Origin: Terriglobia bacterium
Lineage (GTDB): Bacteria > Acidobacteriota > Terriglobia > 20CM-2-55-15
Assembly (NCBI GenBank): GCA_965198225.1
Contig: CBDAOY010000005.1
Coordinates: 672,001-736,000 of the forward strand
DNA length: 64,000 nucleotides
Direction: 5' to 3'
The notes under the pieces are model-generated. The model saw nothing but the letters and a program-made list of their open reading frames with translations, searched no databases and was not told the origin of the DNA. Within the stretch, counting starts at the first letter, position 1, and each line of letters begins with the position of its first letter. Of the stretch, positions 21,061 through 30,142 are shown in pieces. Made by a program: the position numbers and the translations under genes.

Positions 21061-21405
21061 ATGGCACGAGTTGAATGGAGCTACCACCGCCCTGCATGAA
21101 AGACCTGCGGACGAACGCAGGAGTTTCTTGCGAAGAACGGAATCGAAATCGCCGAGCAACTAAACGCACGCAAGGTGGCCCTGCTCGAGGAAGAGGTATT
21201 GAACCTCGTCAAGAAGGTCGATCGCATCTATGCGAGCGCCGGCAGGAAAGTCGTTTTCTTCGACCTCAAGAAAGAGAAGCCCGAAAGCGAAGCGCTTTTC
21301 AAGGCAATCTGCCGGAACGGTAAACTGCGAGCGCCCGCCTTGCGCAAAGGCAAGACACTGATCGTCGGATTCCACGAAGAAACCTATTCTCACGTTTTCG
21401 CGTGA
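21061..21405 (+). CDS. ArsC/Spx-like thioredoxin-fold selenoprotein (Sec at TGA 21097-21099)
   Basis: GGAG RBS, ATG 21061, MARVEWSYHRPA-U-KTCGRTQEFL in frame with the 21175 ORF (GKLRAPAL..GKTLIVGF); hairpin directly after TGA; selB in window. Confidence 0.85.
21104..21121 (+). promoter_or_regulatory. Putative bacterial SECIS hairpin
   Basis: CCTGCG-GACGAA-CGCAGG stem-loop with G-led loop, 4 nt after the in-frame TGA. Confidence 0.6.
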
Positions 21406-21427
21406 CGACCCGAGAAATGAGGACCGT

Positions 21428-21814
21428 ATGAACCGTCACATTAATCCAGACACACTGGGCCCACCCCACGGGTACACACACGTCGTCGAGACACGCGGGG
21501 TGCGAACCGTATACATCTCAGGGCAGGTCGGCGAGGATCGGGAAGGCCGGGTCGTCGGCAACGACTTCGCCTCACAGGCTCGACAGGTGTTCGAGAACCT
21601 CAAGGCTGCACTCGAGGCCGTCGGGGCGAATTTCGGCGACGTCGCCAAGACCACGACATACGTCCTGGACATGTCCGCGATCCAAACACTTCGTGAGATT
21701 CGGTCCGGCTACCTCGGTTCGAATCCCCCCGCCAACACGCTTGTCGAGGTAAACAAACTGGCTCATCCCGACTATTTGATCGAGATCGAAGCCGTCGCCG
21801 TCCTCGACGATTGA
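21428..21814 (+). CDS. RidA/YjgF family protein
   Basis: VYISGQ, QARQVFENL, PPANTLVEV, LIEIEAVA. Confidence 0.9.
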   Translation: MNRHINPDTLGPPHGYTHVVETRGVRTVYISGQVGEDREGRVVGNDFASQARQVFENLKAALEAVGANFGDVAKTTTYVLDMSAIQTLREIRSGYLGSNPPANTLVEVNKLAHPDYLIEIEAVAVLDD

Positions 21815-21832
21815 ATCGCCGCCAAGGCTTTC

Positions 21833-21885
21833 CCTTGACAATCTACAGGGGTGATTCGCTATCATTGGTGTTGTCGAACGTCTAG
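21833..21885 (+). promoter_or_regulatory. Promoter and putative PadR operator
   Basis: CCTTGACAATCTACA identical to 5842; second box TGTCGAACGTCTAG. Confidence 0.6.
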
Positions 21886-21899
21886 TGGAGAGGAAACTT

Positions 21900-22232
21900 A
21901 TGCCAAAGCGAAAAGCGGACCTGCTGCAGGGAACACTCGACCTGCTGATACTGCGGACCCTCGATCTGGGGGCCATGCACGGTTGGGGTATCTCGCAGCA
22001 CATCCAGCAGATTTCAGACGGTGTGCTCCACGTTCAGCAGGGCTCGCTCTACCCGGCTCTCCATCGCCTGGAGCTGGAAGGCTGGATCGACTCCGACTGG
22101 GGCACGTCCGAGAACAACAGGCGCGCACGCTATTACAAGCTCACCCGCACGGGACGCAGGCAATTGTCCGAGGAAACCGAGAACTGGGAACGCCTGTCGG
22201 CAGCTGTATTCCGAGTGCTGGAGACCGCCTGA
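21900..22232 (+). CDS. Acidobacterial PadR-family transcriptional regulator
   Basis: [38 protein letters not shown]. Confidence 0.95.
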   Translation: MPKRKADLLQGTLDLLILRTLDLGAMHGWGISQHIQQISDGVLHVQQGSLYPALHRLELEGWIDSDWGTSENNRRARYYKLTRTGRRQLSEETENWERLSAAVFRVLETA

Positions 22233-22236
22233 TCGT

Positions 22237-24885
22237 ATGGTTGGGAAACTGTTCCGAGTCTTGAAATCGTTGGTTCGCCGGCCATCGGTCGAGCGGGAAC
22301 TGGACGAAGAAGTGCGCTTCCATCTCGAGATGGAGATCGAGCGCCACGTGCGGAACGGTATGAGCCGCAAAGAGGCCAAGCTGCAAGCCAACAAGGACTT
22401 CGGAGGTTTCGAGCAGATCAAAGAAGAGTGTCGTGACGCTCGGGGGACACGGTTGATCGACAATCTCTGGCAGGATCTGCGGTTCGGTGCGCGGACCCTC
22501 GCCAAGCGGCCCGGGTTCAGCATTGCCGTGATCGCTGTGCTGGCACTCGGGATCGGGGCGAACACTGCGATCTTCAGCGCGGTCAACGGCGTCCTGCTCC
22601 AACCCCTGGACTACGAGCACGGGGAGCGCCTCCTCCTTCTGCGGCAGCAGGCACCCACCGCAGGTATCCGGAGCATCGGTTTCTCTCCGAAAGAGCTGAT
22701 CGACTACCGAGAGATGAGCCAGACCCTCGACGCCATCGTCGAGTACCACATGATGTGGTTCATCCTTCTCGGTGGCGAGCGCCCGGCCAGGGTCCAGACA
22801 GGGGTCGTGTCGTGGGATTTCTTCGACGTTTTCGGTACTGAACCGCATCTCGGCCGGAGCTTCCGGCCCGAAGATGAGACACACGGTTCGGAAGCGGTTC
22901 TGATCCTCAGCCACGACTACTGGCTCGAAGCGTTCGAAGGCGACCCGAATGTCGTCGGCCGTCTCTTCGAGATGAATGACCAGCCGCACCGGGTGATCGG
23001 AGTTTTACCGCCGATTCCCGAATACCCGAACGACAACGACGTGTACATGCCGGTGTCACACTGTCCCTTCCGGTCCGATCCTGACACGGTGGCGGACCGA
23101 GATGCGCGGGCATCGCAGGCCTTCGGCCGGATGAAACCCGGTGTGTCGATCGATGACGTCGAAGCGGACTTCGCGACGATCACCGATGAATTATCGTCGA
23201 AGTACCCTGAGTCATACCCGAACGACCGTGGGCTCGAGGTCGAGTCTGTCCCGCTGCGGGAGGAACTGACACACGGGGCCCGCCCGACGTTCGTCCTGTT
23301 GCTGGCCACGGCCGGAATGGTTTTGCTCATTGCCAGCGCCAACGTTGCGAACCTGCTGCTGGCCCGCGCGATGCGCCGTGAACGGGAGATGGCAATCCGC
23401 GTCGCGATGGGAGCGGGCCGTGCGCGACTCTTACGTCAGATGACGGTGGAGAGTCTGATGCTGACACTGGCCGGTGGGGGACTCGGTCTGATCCTTGCAA
23501 TCAACGGCCTGGACCTGCTCGTCTCCTTCGCAGACCGGTTTACTCCACGCGCGGTGGATATGGCCATCGACGGATGGGTCCTGGCGTTTGCGCTGGGCGT
23601 TTCGGTCCTGATCGGATTGATATTCGGTCTGTTGCCCGCATTGCCGGTCGGTCGGTCCCCGGCGGAGTCGCTTAGGGAAGGCTTCAGCGATGCATCCGCC
23701 TCGGTCGGCAAGCAGTTCGCCCGCAACGGGCTCGTCGTGGCCCAGGTGGCGATCTCCTTCGTGCTGCTCATCAGCGCCGGACTGATGGTTCGCAGCCTGA
23801 TCCAGTTGAACCGTGTCGACCCGGGTTTCGACCCGGAGAATGTCCTGACGATGCGGATCGACTTGAACTTTTCCAAGTACACGCACTACGAAGAAAACAT
23901 CGGTTTCTTCTCGAGCCTCCTCGACAGGCTTCAAGAACATCCGGACGTGATTACGGCAGCGGTATCGGGCACGTTCCCGCTCAACGAAATCAGTCCCGGT
24001 TCGGAACAGTTCATGATCGAAGGACCAGCGGTGGCGGACATGCCGGATCGATTCTGGGCCGACTTCATTGCCGTGAGTCCGGACTATTTCCGTACGGTCG
24101 GCGTTCCCGTCATCAGCGGCCGGGCCTTCACGGGCGACGACCTGCATCAAAGTCCGCCCGTCGTGATCGTCAACGAATCGCTGGCCCGTCACCACTGGGG
24201 TGGGCGGAGTCCGGTCGGGGAACGGATCTCCCCGGATGGAGAGGGCTGGTTCGAGATCGTGGGCGTCGTCGGCGATGTCAAGCAGGAGAGTCTAATCGAC
24301 GAGGCAGAGGACCAGATGTACGTCCCGCTCGACCAGGCGACACCGCTCAGCAGCACCGTCCTCGTCCGAACGGCAGGAGAACCGACCGTCCTGGCAGGCG
24401 TCGTCCAGGACCTGGTCCGCGACATCGATGACCAGCAGCCTGTGGACAACTTCCGTACGCTGGAGAAGGTACGGAGCGATTCGATTTCCTCGCCTCGTCT
24501 GACGACCATCCTGATCAGCCTGTTCGCGGCCCTGTCGGTGACCATCACAGCGGCCGGAATCGGAGCGATAATCGCCCTGGCCGTCAGCCAACGTACACAC
24601 GAGATCGGCGTCCGCACCGCTCTGGGCGCGTCGTCGCTCGAAGTTCTATGGATGGTCATGCGGCAGGGCCTGACACTCATCGCTGCGGGTCTCCTCCTTG
24701 GCGTGGTCGGCTCTCTCGCCCTGGTCCGATTCATGACCGCGGTCCTGTTCGAGGTCGAACCCACCGACCCGGTAACCTTCCTGGCCGTCGCGATCATGGT
24801 CGTGTCGGTCGCCTCGGCCGCATGCTTCATACCGGCCCGCCGTGCCGTCACCATCGATCCGATGTCCGCCCTTCGGGCGGACTAG
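22237..24885 (+). CDS. ADOP duplicated permease
   Basis: ELDEEVRFHLEME leader, QDLRFGARTL, two FtsX halves; follows PadR. Confidence 0.92.
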   Translation: MVGKLFRVLKSLVRRPSVERELDEEVRFHLEMEIERHVRNGMSRKEAKLQANKDFGGFEQIKEECRDARGTRLIDNLWQDLRFGARTLAKRPGFSIAVIAVLALGIGANTAIFSAVNGVLLQPLDYEHGERLLLLRQQAPTAGIRSIGFSPKELIDYREMSQTLDAIVEYHMMWFILLGGERPARVQTGVVSWDFFDVFGTEPHLGRSFRPEDETHGSEAVLILSHDYWLEAFEGDPNVVGRLFEMNDQPHRVIGVLPPIPEYPNDNDVYMPVSHCPFRSDPDTVADRDARASQAFGRMKPGVSIDDVEADFATITDELSSKYPESYPNDRGLEVESVPLREELTHGARPTFVLLLATAGMVLLIASANVANLLLARAMRREREMAIRVAMGAGRARLLRQMTVESLMLTLAGGGLGLILAINGLDLLVSFADRFTPRAVDMAIDGWVLAFALGVSVLIGLIFGLLPALPVGRSPAESLREGFSDASASVGKQFARNGLVVAQVAISFVLLISAGLMVRSLIQLNRVDPGFDPENVLTMRIDLNFSKYTHYEENIGFFSSLLDRLQEHPDVITAAVSGTFPLNEISPGSEQFMIEGPAVADMPDRFWADFIAVSPDYFRTVGVPVISGRAFTGDDLHQSPPVVIVNESLARHHWGGRSPVGERISPDGEGWFEIVGVVGDVKQESLIDEAEDQMYVPLDQATPLSSTVLVRTAGEPTVLAGVVQDLVRDIDDQQPVDNFRTLEKVRSDSISSPRLTTILISLFAALSVTITAAGIGAIIALAVSQRTHEIGVRTALGASSLEVLWMVMRQGLTLIAAGLLLGVVGSLALVRFMTAVLFEVEPTDPVTFLAVAIMVVSVASAACFIPARRAVTIDPMSALRAD

Positions 24886-24903
24886 AAGACGTAGGCCGTT
24901 GGT

Positions 24904-24969
24904 GTAGGTGCGGTCTATGACCGCACAGTGTTCTAGCATGAGGGATGTGCGCTCATAGAGCGCACCTAC
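24904..24969. repeat. GTAG REP doublet, family 1
   Basis: GTAGGTGCGGTCTATGACCGCAC ... GTGCGCTCATAGAGCGCACCTAC. Confidence 0.9.
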
Positions 24970-24986
24970 ACGCACTCCTCCGTGAG

Positions 24987-25062
24987 GCGAAACGAGCCGT
25001 GAGAGAGCCACTGTGAGGGGGACAGGGGCCTGGCCCTGTCCCCGGGGTGTCTGGTAAGCAGA
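24987..25062. repeat. Family 4 repeat with GGGGACAGG/CCTGTCCCC hairpin
   Basis: Near-identical inverted copy at 47004-47078. Confidence 0.75.
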
Positions 25063-25152
25063 AATGTCGGCGAACGACAACCACTGGCCCCAGAATCCGC
25101 TAGAGACGATCCATTCTTGTCACTCGTCACTTGATGTTAGAATTCCCGCTCT

Positions 25153-25752
25153 ATGGAACCTCCTGTGCAGCGACAACTCGTGCTTGCTTCGCAGTCGCCG
25201 CGTCGTCGTGAGCTTCTGGCTCTGCTCGGATTCCCGTTTACCGTTGTCCATTCCAGGGCGAGCGAGACGCCGGCGGAGGGAGAGAGTCCGACTGCTTTCG
25301 TGAAACGGGCTGCGCGCGACAAGGGGATCGAAGTGGCCGCCCGGGTCCCGGCTTCTATCATCCTGTCCGCGGACACCATCGTTGTGGTCGATGGCGAGAT
25401 TCTTGGAAAGCCTGTCGACGACGACGACGCAGTCCGGATGCTTGAACTGCTATCGGGTAGACGGCACTCCGTCTACACTGCTGTGGCCGTCGTCGATTCC
25501 GATACGAGTTCCAGGCTCGAAGGCATCGAGGAGACCAAGGTGTGGTTTCGCGAACTGGACCGCGCCGCGATTGATTCCTACATCCGTCGCGAGGACGTGA
25601 TGGACAAGGCCGGCGCGTACGCTATCCAGGGCTATGCCTCGATCTTCATCCCGAAGATCGAAGGAAACTATCCCAACGTCGTCGGACTCCCTTTTCCGCT
25701 GACTTCCGATCTGCTCGCCTCGTGCGGACTGCCATGCCCCACATCATCGTAG
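25153..25752 (+). CDS. maf: Maf family nucleotide pyrophosphatase
   Basis: LVLASQSPRRRELL, ADTIV..LGKP, DKAGAYAIQG. Confidence 0.95.
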   Translation: MEPPVQRQLVLASQSPRRRELLALLGFPFTVVHSRASETPAEGESPTAFVKRAARDKGIEVAARVPASIILSADTIVVVDGEILGKPVDDDDAVRMLELLSGRRHSVYTAVAVVDSDTSSRLEGIEETKVWFRELDRAAIDSYIRREDVMDKAGAYAIQGYASIFIPKIEGNYPNVVGLPFPLTSDLLASCGLPCPTSS

Positions 25753-27638
25753 GCACCGCCGGACACATCGATCACGGCAAGACTGCCCTCGTCAAGGCGT
25801 TGACCGGCATCGATGCCGATCGCCTGAAAGAGGAGAAGGAGCGGGGGATCACGATCGACCTGGGATTCGCCAACCTCGACCTGGATCAAGAAACCAGCAT
25901 CGGCTTCGTCGACGTTCCGGGTCACGAGAAGTTCGTCAAGAACATGCTCGCCGGCATCGGTGGGATCGATCTGGTCATGTTGGTAGTTGCCGCCGACGAG
26001 TCGATCATGCCCCAGACACGGGAGCACCTCGATATCTGTTCGCTGCTCCACATCCGGCACGGGCTGACCGTCATCACGAAAATAGACGCGGCTGACGAAG
26101 AGATCGCCGACCTGGTCGAACTCGAGGTCCGAGATTATCTGAAATCGACGTTCCTCGGTCAATCGCCGATCGTCAGAGTCAGTGCACAGCGTGGGGACGG
26201 GATCCCCGAACTTGTCGGGACGCTGAAGACGCTCTGTGCCGGGGTCGAACCGAAGGATGCCTCCCAGATATTCAGGCTGCCCGTGGATCGGTGTTTCACG
26301 ATGAAGGGGTTCGGTACCGTTGTAACCGGGACGTCGATATCCGGTTCCATCCACAAGGACGAGGAAGTCGAGTTGCTTCCGTCCGGCCGTCAGACCCGGA
26401 TTCGCGGGATACAGGTGCATGGGCAGGCAGCGGACGTCGTAAAGGCCGGGCAGCGAACAGCGCTTAACCTCCTGGGAGTCGAAGTTGGGGAAGTTCATCG
26501 TGGAGTTGTGTTGACTGAACCGGATCTGTTCGAGCCGACCTCGATGTTCGATTGTCATCTGGAGTTGCTCGAATCGGCACCCGGGCCGATCCGTCAGCGC
26601 AAGCGCATCCGCTTCCACGTCGGAACGGCCGAGATCATGGGGTATGTTTCACTACTCGGTCGTGAGCGGCTCGAACCAGGAGGTCAATCCCTCGTCCAGA
26701 TCCGATTGGAGGAGGCCACATTTGCGCTTCCTCGCGACCGCTTCATCATCCGGCAGTATTCCCCTATGGTCACGATCGGCGGCGGGGTAATACTGGAAGG
26801 CAACCCGAGTAGGCATCGGCGCCACGACGAGCGCGTCCTGAGGCGTCTCGAGACGTTCAAGGAAGGCAGCCTCGCCGACCGCCTTATGATCCTGGTCGAC
26901 GAAGCCGGTCTCGGGGCGCTGACGCTGGAAGCCCTGGTCGGAAAAGTGGGCGCGGTTGGTTCGACGATCCGATCCGCGCTGGAAGCCCTGGCCAGACAAG
27001 GCTCGATTCGGATCCTTTCGGAACGCCCGTTCACCGTCGTGTCCCGGGACGTATTCCAGCGAGCTCTCGATCAAACGCTCTCCCGGGTTCAGAGTTTCCA
27101 CGAAGCCAACCCCTTGACGGTGGGCATTTCCCGGGAGGAGCTCAAGACGAAGGTGTATGAGAAGTCTTCCAACCTTGTTTTCCAGACCGCGCTCCAAGAG
27201 CTTGCGTCCCGTGAAGAAATAGCGTTTGCGCAGGACCTCATCCGTATCTTCGGCCGGAAGGTGACGCTCGGCGAACACGAAGAGTCGATCAAGAAGAAGC
27301 TGACCGATGAGTTTCTGCGTTACGGGGTCGAGGTCCCCACGCCGGATGAACTGATCCGGAAAGCCCGGGTCGACCCGGGTACGGCAAGACAGATTCTGCA
27401 GTTGATGCTCCGAGACGGTGTCGTCGTGAAGGTCAACGACGACTTGATGATGCACCAGGCAGCCATGGACGGGGTGATCGAAAGGGTCCGCTCCCTGAAA
27501 GGAACGGGCGCGAAACTCGGAGTCGGAGAGTTCAAGGACCTGTTCGGCGTGTCCCGCAAGTATGCGATTCCGTTGTTGGAGTATTTGGACCGGGAGCGGG
27601 TTACGCGGAGGGTAGGGGATTCGAGGGAGATTCTGTAA
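25734..27638 (+). CDS. selB: Selenocysteine-specific elongation factor SelB
   Basis: [24 protein letters not shown]-terminal [13 protein letters not shown] winged helix. Confidence 0.97.
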   Translation: MPHIIVGTAGHIDHGKTALVKALTGIDADRLKEEKERGITIDLGFANLDLDQETSIGFVDVPGHEKFVKNMLAGIGGIDLVMLVVAADESIMPQTREHLDICSLLHIRHGLTVITKIDAADEEIADLVELEVRDYLKSTFLGQSPIVRVSAQRGDGIPELVGTLKTLCAGVEPKDASQIFRLPVDRCFTMKGFGTVVTGTSISGSIHKDEEVELLPSGRQTRIRGIQVHGQAADVVKAGQRTALNLLGVEVGEVHRGVVLTEPDLFEPTSMFDCHLELLESAPGPIRQRKRIRFHVGTAEIMGYVSLLGRERLEPGGQSLVQIRLEEATFALPRDRFIIRQYSPMVTIGGGVILEGNPSRHRRHDERVLRRLETFKEGSLADRLMILVDEAGLGALTLEALVGKVGAVGSTIRSALEALARQGSIRILSERPFTVVSRDVFQRALDQTLSRVQSFHEANPLTVGISREELKTKVYEKSSNLVFQTALQELASREEIAFAQDLIRIFGRKVTLGEHEESIKKKLTDEFLRYGVEVPTPDELIRKARVDPGTARQILQLMLRDGVVVKVNDDLMMHQAAMDGVIERVRSLKGTGAKLGVGEFKDLFGVSRKYAIPLLEYLDRERVTRRVGDSREIL

Positions 27639-27650
27639 GGGAACAAGTTG

Positions 27651-27992
27651 TCCGTAGGCCGTAGGCCGTTGGACGTTGGGGTGTTGCGTACCGAGGATTT
27701 GTTGGTGTCCGGCGAGGGGGTTGGCGCTTTGTTTCGTAGGCCGTAGGCCGTTGATGTGTTGCTAACCGAGAAGTCGTTGGTGACTGGCGAGGGGTGGACG
27801 CGTTGTTCGTAGGCCGTTGATGTCTTGCTTACCGACAAGTCGTTGGTGACTGGCGAGGTGTGGACCCCAAGACCTCGATGCTGCGACAAATGTGTCGCCA
27901 GTCACCTGCTAACCGCCGCTGAGCGACACCACAACGGCCTACGGCCTACTGGCCGCAGAGCGGCCCAACGCCTCAACGGATAACGGCCTACG
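27651..27992. repeat. Family 2 (CGTAGGC-terminated) element: three tandem ~70-bp units plus inverted arm
   Basis: CGTAGGCCGTT..ACCGA..GTGACTGGCGAGG x3, then TCGCCAGTCACC..AACGGCCTACGG. Confidence 0.8.
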
Positions 27993-28001
27993 AAGAACAA
28001 C

Positions 28002-28027
28002 AAAAAGGACGGCCATTGGCCGCCCTC
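28002..28027 (-). terminator. Rho-independent terminator of tatA
   Basis: Minus strand GGGCGGCCAATGGCCGTCC followed by TTTTT. Confidence 0.6.
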
Positions 28028-28051
28028 TCATCTCATTCCTGTTAAACCGCT

Positions 28052-28225
28052 CTATGCCTGCTCCGAGTTCGACTCCTCGCCGCTGTCATCACCTTTTATG
28101 GACTTCTTGAAGTTCTTGATGCCTTCCCCGATTCCTTTACCCATCTCGGGTAGTCGTTTCGCACCGAACAGAAAGAAAATGATGACCAGGATGATCATCA
28201 GTTCCGGCAAACCCAGTCTAAACAT
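28052..28225 (-). CDS. tatA: Tat translocase subunit TatA/TatE
   Basis: [38 protein letters not shown]. Confidence 0.95.
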   Translation of the reverse strand: MFRLGLPELMIILVIIFFLFGAKRLPEMGKGIGEGIKNFKKSIKGDDSGEESNSEQA

Positions 28226-28318
28226 GGAGTTCCTCCGCTTCGATCCTTCCAGGCTCTCCGAACTCGGGCTAAGCGTGAATGGACACGTTACCGACAAAAA
28301 AAGTATATCGGATGGAAC

Positions 28319-28768
28319 TCAGTTCGTCCAAGTGTAATCCCAGAGGTACCATTGCCGGTCGCTCATCGGAGACTCCGGTATGACGACGCGAAATCGGCCC
28401 TCGAACTCAGTCACGACCAGGGCATACACCTGCCCGTCCGGCTCCCGGTAGACCAGGTAGTGGTACGTGCGACTGTTACCTTCCCTCTTCCGCTGATCCA
28501 GGACACGGCCCCGTGTAAACGGGGGCCGGAGCAGCTCGGCAATCTCTTCCCCCGTCGCCTCGCGAAGGTTCCCGGAGTCGATCCCGACGCTCAAGATCAC
28601 CATGGATTCCACCCGTGCGGGGTCGCCGGACCCCATGGCGTCCATGAACAGCTCGGCGGCGGTCAGCGGGGGACTGTAGACGTAGTAATAGTAATAGCCC
28701 AGGGCTGTCGATCCGGCTATGAGAACCCCGATGAAGCACAGGACGGAGAGTCGGATCGGCAGCTTCAT
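28319..28768 (-). CDS. Hypothetical membrane-anchored protein
   Basis: N-terminal TM; overlaps the pgi stop (translational coupling). Confidence 0.65.
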   Translation of the reverse strand: MKLPIRLSVLCFIGVLIAGSTALGYYYYYVYSPPLTAAELFMDAMGSGDPARVESMVILSVGIDSGNLREATGEEIAELLRPPFTRGRVLDQRKREGNSRTYHYLVYREPDGQVYALVVTEFEGRFRVVIPESPMSDRQWYLWDYTWTN

Positions 28769-30123
28769 CGAATCACCATCCGCTTTATTCTTCGGTGCTG
28801 GGAGACCTTCTCGTCGTAGGCGGAGTAGCCGTCTCGTCCCATCATCGAAAACGTCAATCGTTTTCCGTAGTCGACTCCGGGCTGGTCGAATGCGTTGATG
28901 TCATACAGCTCCCCAGCGTACGCGGTTGCGTATTCCGAGAACATGATGAGTTCTCCGAGGTTGGCTTCATCCAGGCGGTCCGTCGAAACCGCGACGCTCG
29001 GGCGACCGGCTTCGGTCAACGCGATTTCGGTGGCCTCTCTCTCCGAATGCAACAACTCGCCGATGTCCCGACCCTCGAGATAACCCAGCGAAGGGTAATC
29101 GGAGAAGTCTCCGTCCACCGAGATCTTATTGCGAAAGTCTTTGAGATCCCAGAACACGAATGACTTGTCGTTGGGTCCCTCGATGAAAAGCTGCAGCTGG
29201 GAATGCTGGTCCGTCACACCAAGAGCCGCTGTCGGAGTCTGCCCGACGTGGACCGTGTGTCCCTGCCGGTTTTCTTTCTTCCCCAGGCTCTCACCCCAGA
29301 GCTGCTTGTACCAGAAAGCGAATTTCCACAACGCCTTGCAGTACGGAAAAAGCGTGAGAATCGACTTGCCGCGCTTGCGGTCGAGGAACCATTGGATGAA
29401 GGCCATCTGAAGGGCCGCGTTCTCACCGGGTGGACGTCGCGCGCGTTCCCCAGCCCGCATCGCACCGGACATGAGCTCCGCGACGTCGAGCCCCAGCAGG
29501 GCGGCCGGGAGTATGCCGACGGGAGACAGGACGCTGAACCGTCCTCCGACATTGGACGGTATCTCAAACGCCGGATACCGCTCCTGGCGAGCAATCCCGA
29601 GGAGGTCGCCTTTCTCTCGATCCGTGGTCACCACGAAACGCGAACGCGCCTGGTCGGGTCCCAGCGCATCGATCAACCAGCGCCGGACGAGGCTGAAGGT
29701 TGCCATCGTCTCGGCCGTAACACCGGACTTCGCGATGACGTTGACGACGACATCCCGAGGGTTCAGTCGATCGAGTGTGCCGCGGATGAAGTCCGGGTCG
29801 ACATTGTCCAGAGCGGCCAGGCTGCGTCCCGGGGAGCGTTGATAGAGGGCGTCCGCCAACGCAATCGGGCCGAGAGCGGAACCCCCGATGCCGACAACAA
29901 GGACGTGAGGGTAGGGATGTTTTTCCGCGAACGCACACGCGGTGTCGACGACATCCTGGCGGGATGGGAGATCCGCGAAACCGAGTCGACCCGCTGCCCG
30001 TTCCGTTTCCAGTTTGTCGACCGTCCTCAAGAGGGATGCCGCGGCCTGTTCGAAAGTTTCAGCCGGAATGCCGTTGCTCCCGACGGCGTCCTCAAGGACG
30101 TTCGTGAAATCCAGCTCGATCAA
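28765..30123 (-). CDS. pgi: Glucose-6-phosphate isomerase
   Basis: GIGGSALG, VGGRFSVLS, QLWGESLGK, DQHSQLQL, FDQPGV. Confidence 0.95.
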   Translation of the reverse strand: MIELDFTNVLEDAVGSNGIPAETFEQAAASLLRTVDKLETERAAGRLGFADLPSRQDVVDTACAFAEKHPYPHVLVVGIGGSALGPIALADALYQRSPGRSLAALDNVDPDFIRGTLDRLNPRDVVVNVIAKSGVTAETMATFSLVRRWLIDALGPDQARSRFVVTTDREKGDLLGIARQERYPAFEIPSNVGGRFSVLSPVGILPAALLGLDVAELMSGAMRAGERARRPPGENAALQMAFIQWFLDRKRGKSILTLFPYCKALWKFAFWYKQLWGESLGKKENRQGHTVHVGQTPTAALGVTDQHSQLQLFIEGPNDKSFVFWDLKDFRNKISVDGDFSDYPSLGYLEGRDIGELLHSEREATEIALTEAGRPSVAVSTDRLDEANLGELIMFSEYATAYAGELYDINAFDQPGVDYGKRLTFSMMGRDGYSAYDEKVSQHRRIKRMVIR

Positions 30124-30142
30124 TTCGCTCCCGGTCCTTTCT

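Noticed and set aside
27651-27870. Tandem repeats as a CRISPR array
   Set aside because: Units are degenerate, lack unique spacers, end in an inverted arm, and no cas genes are present
25153-28050. selC tRNA or selA/selD near selB
   Set aside because: No tRNA-like fold or such ORFs recognised in the window
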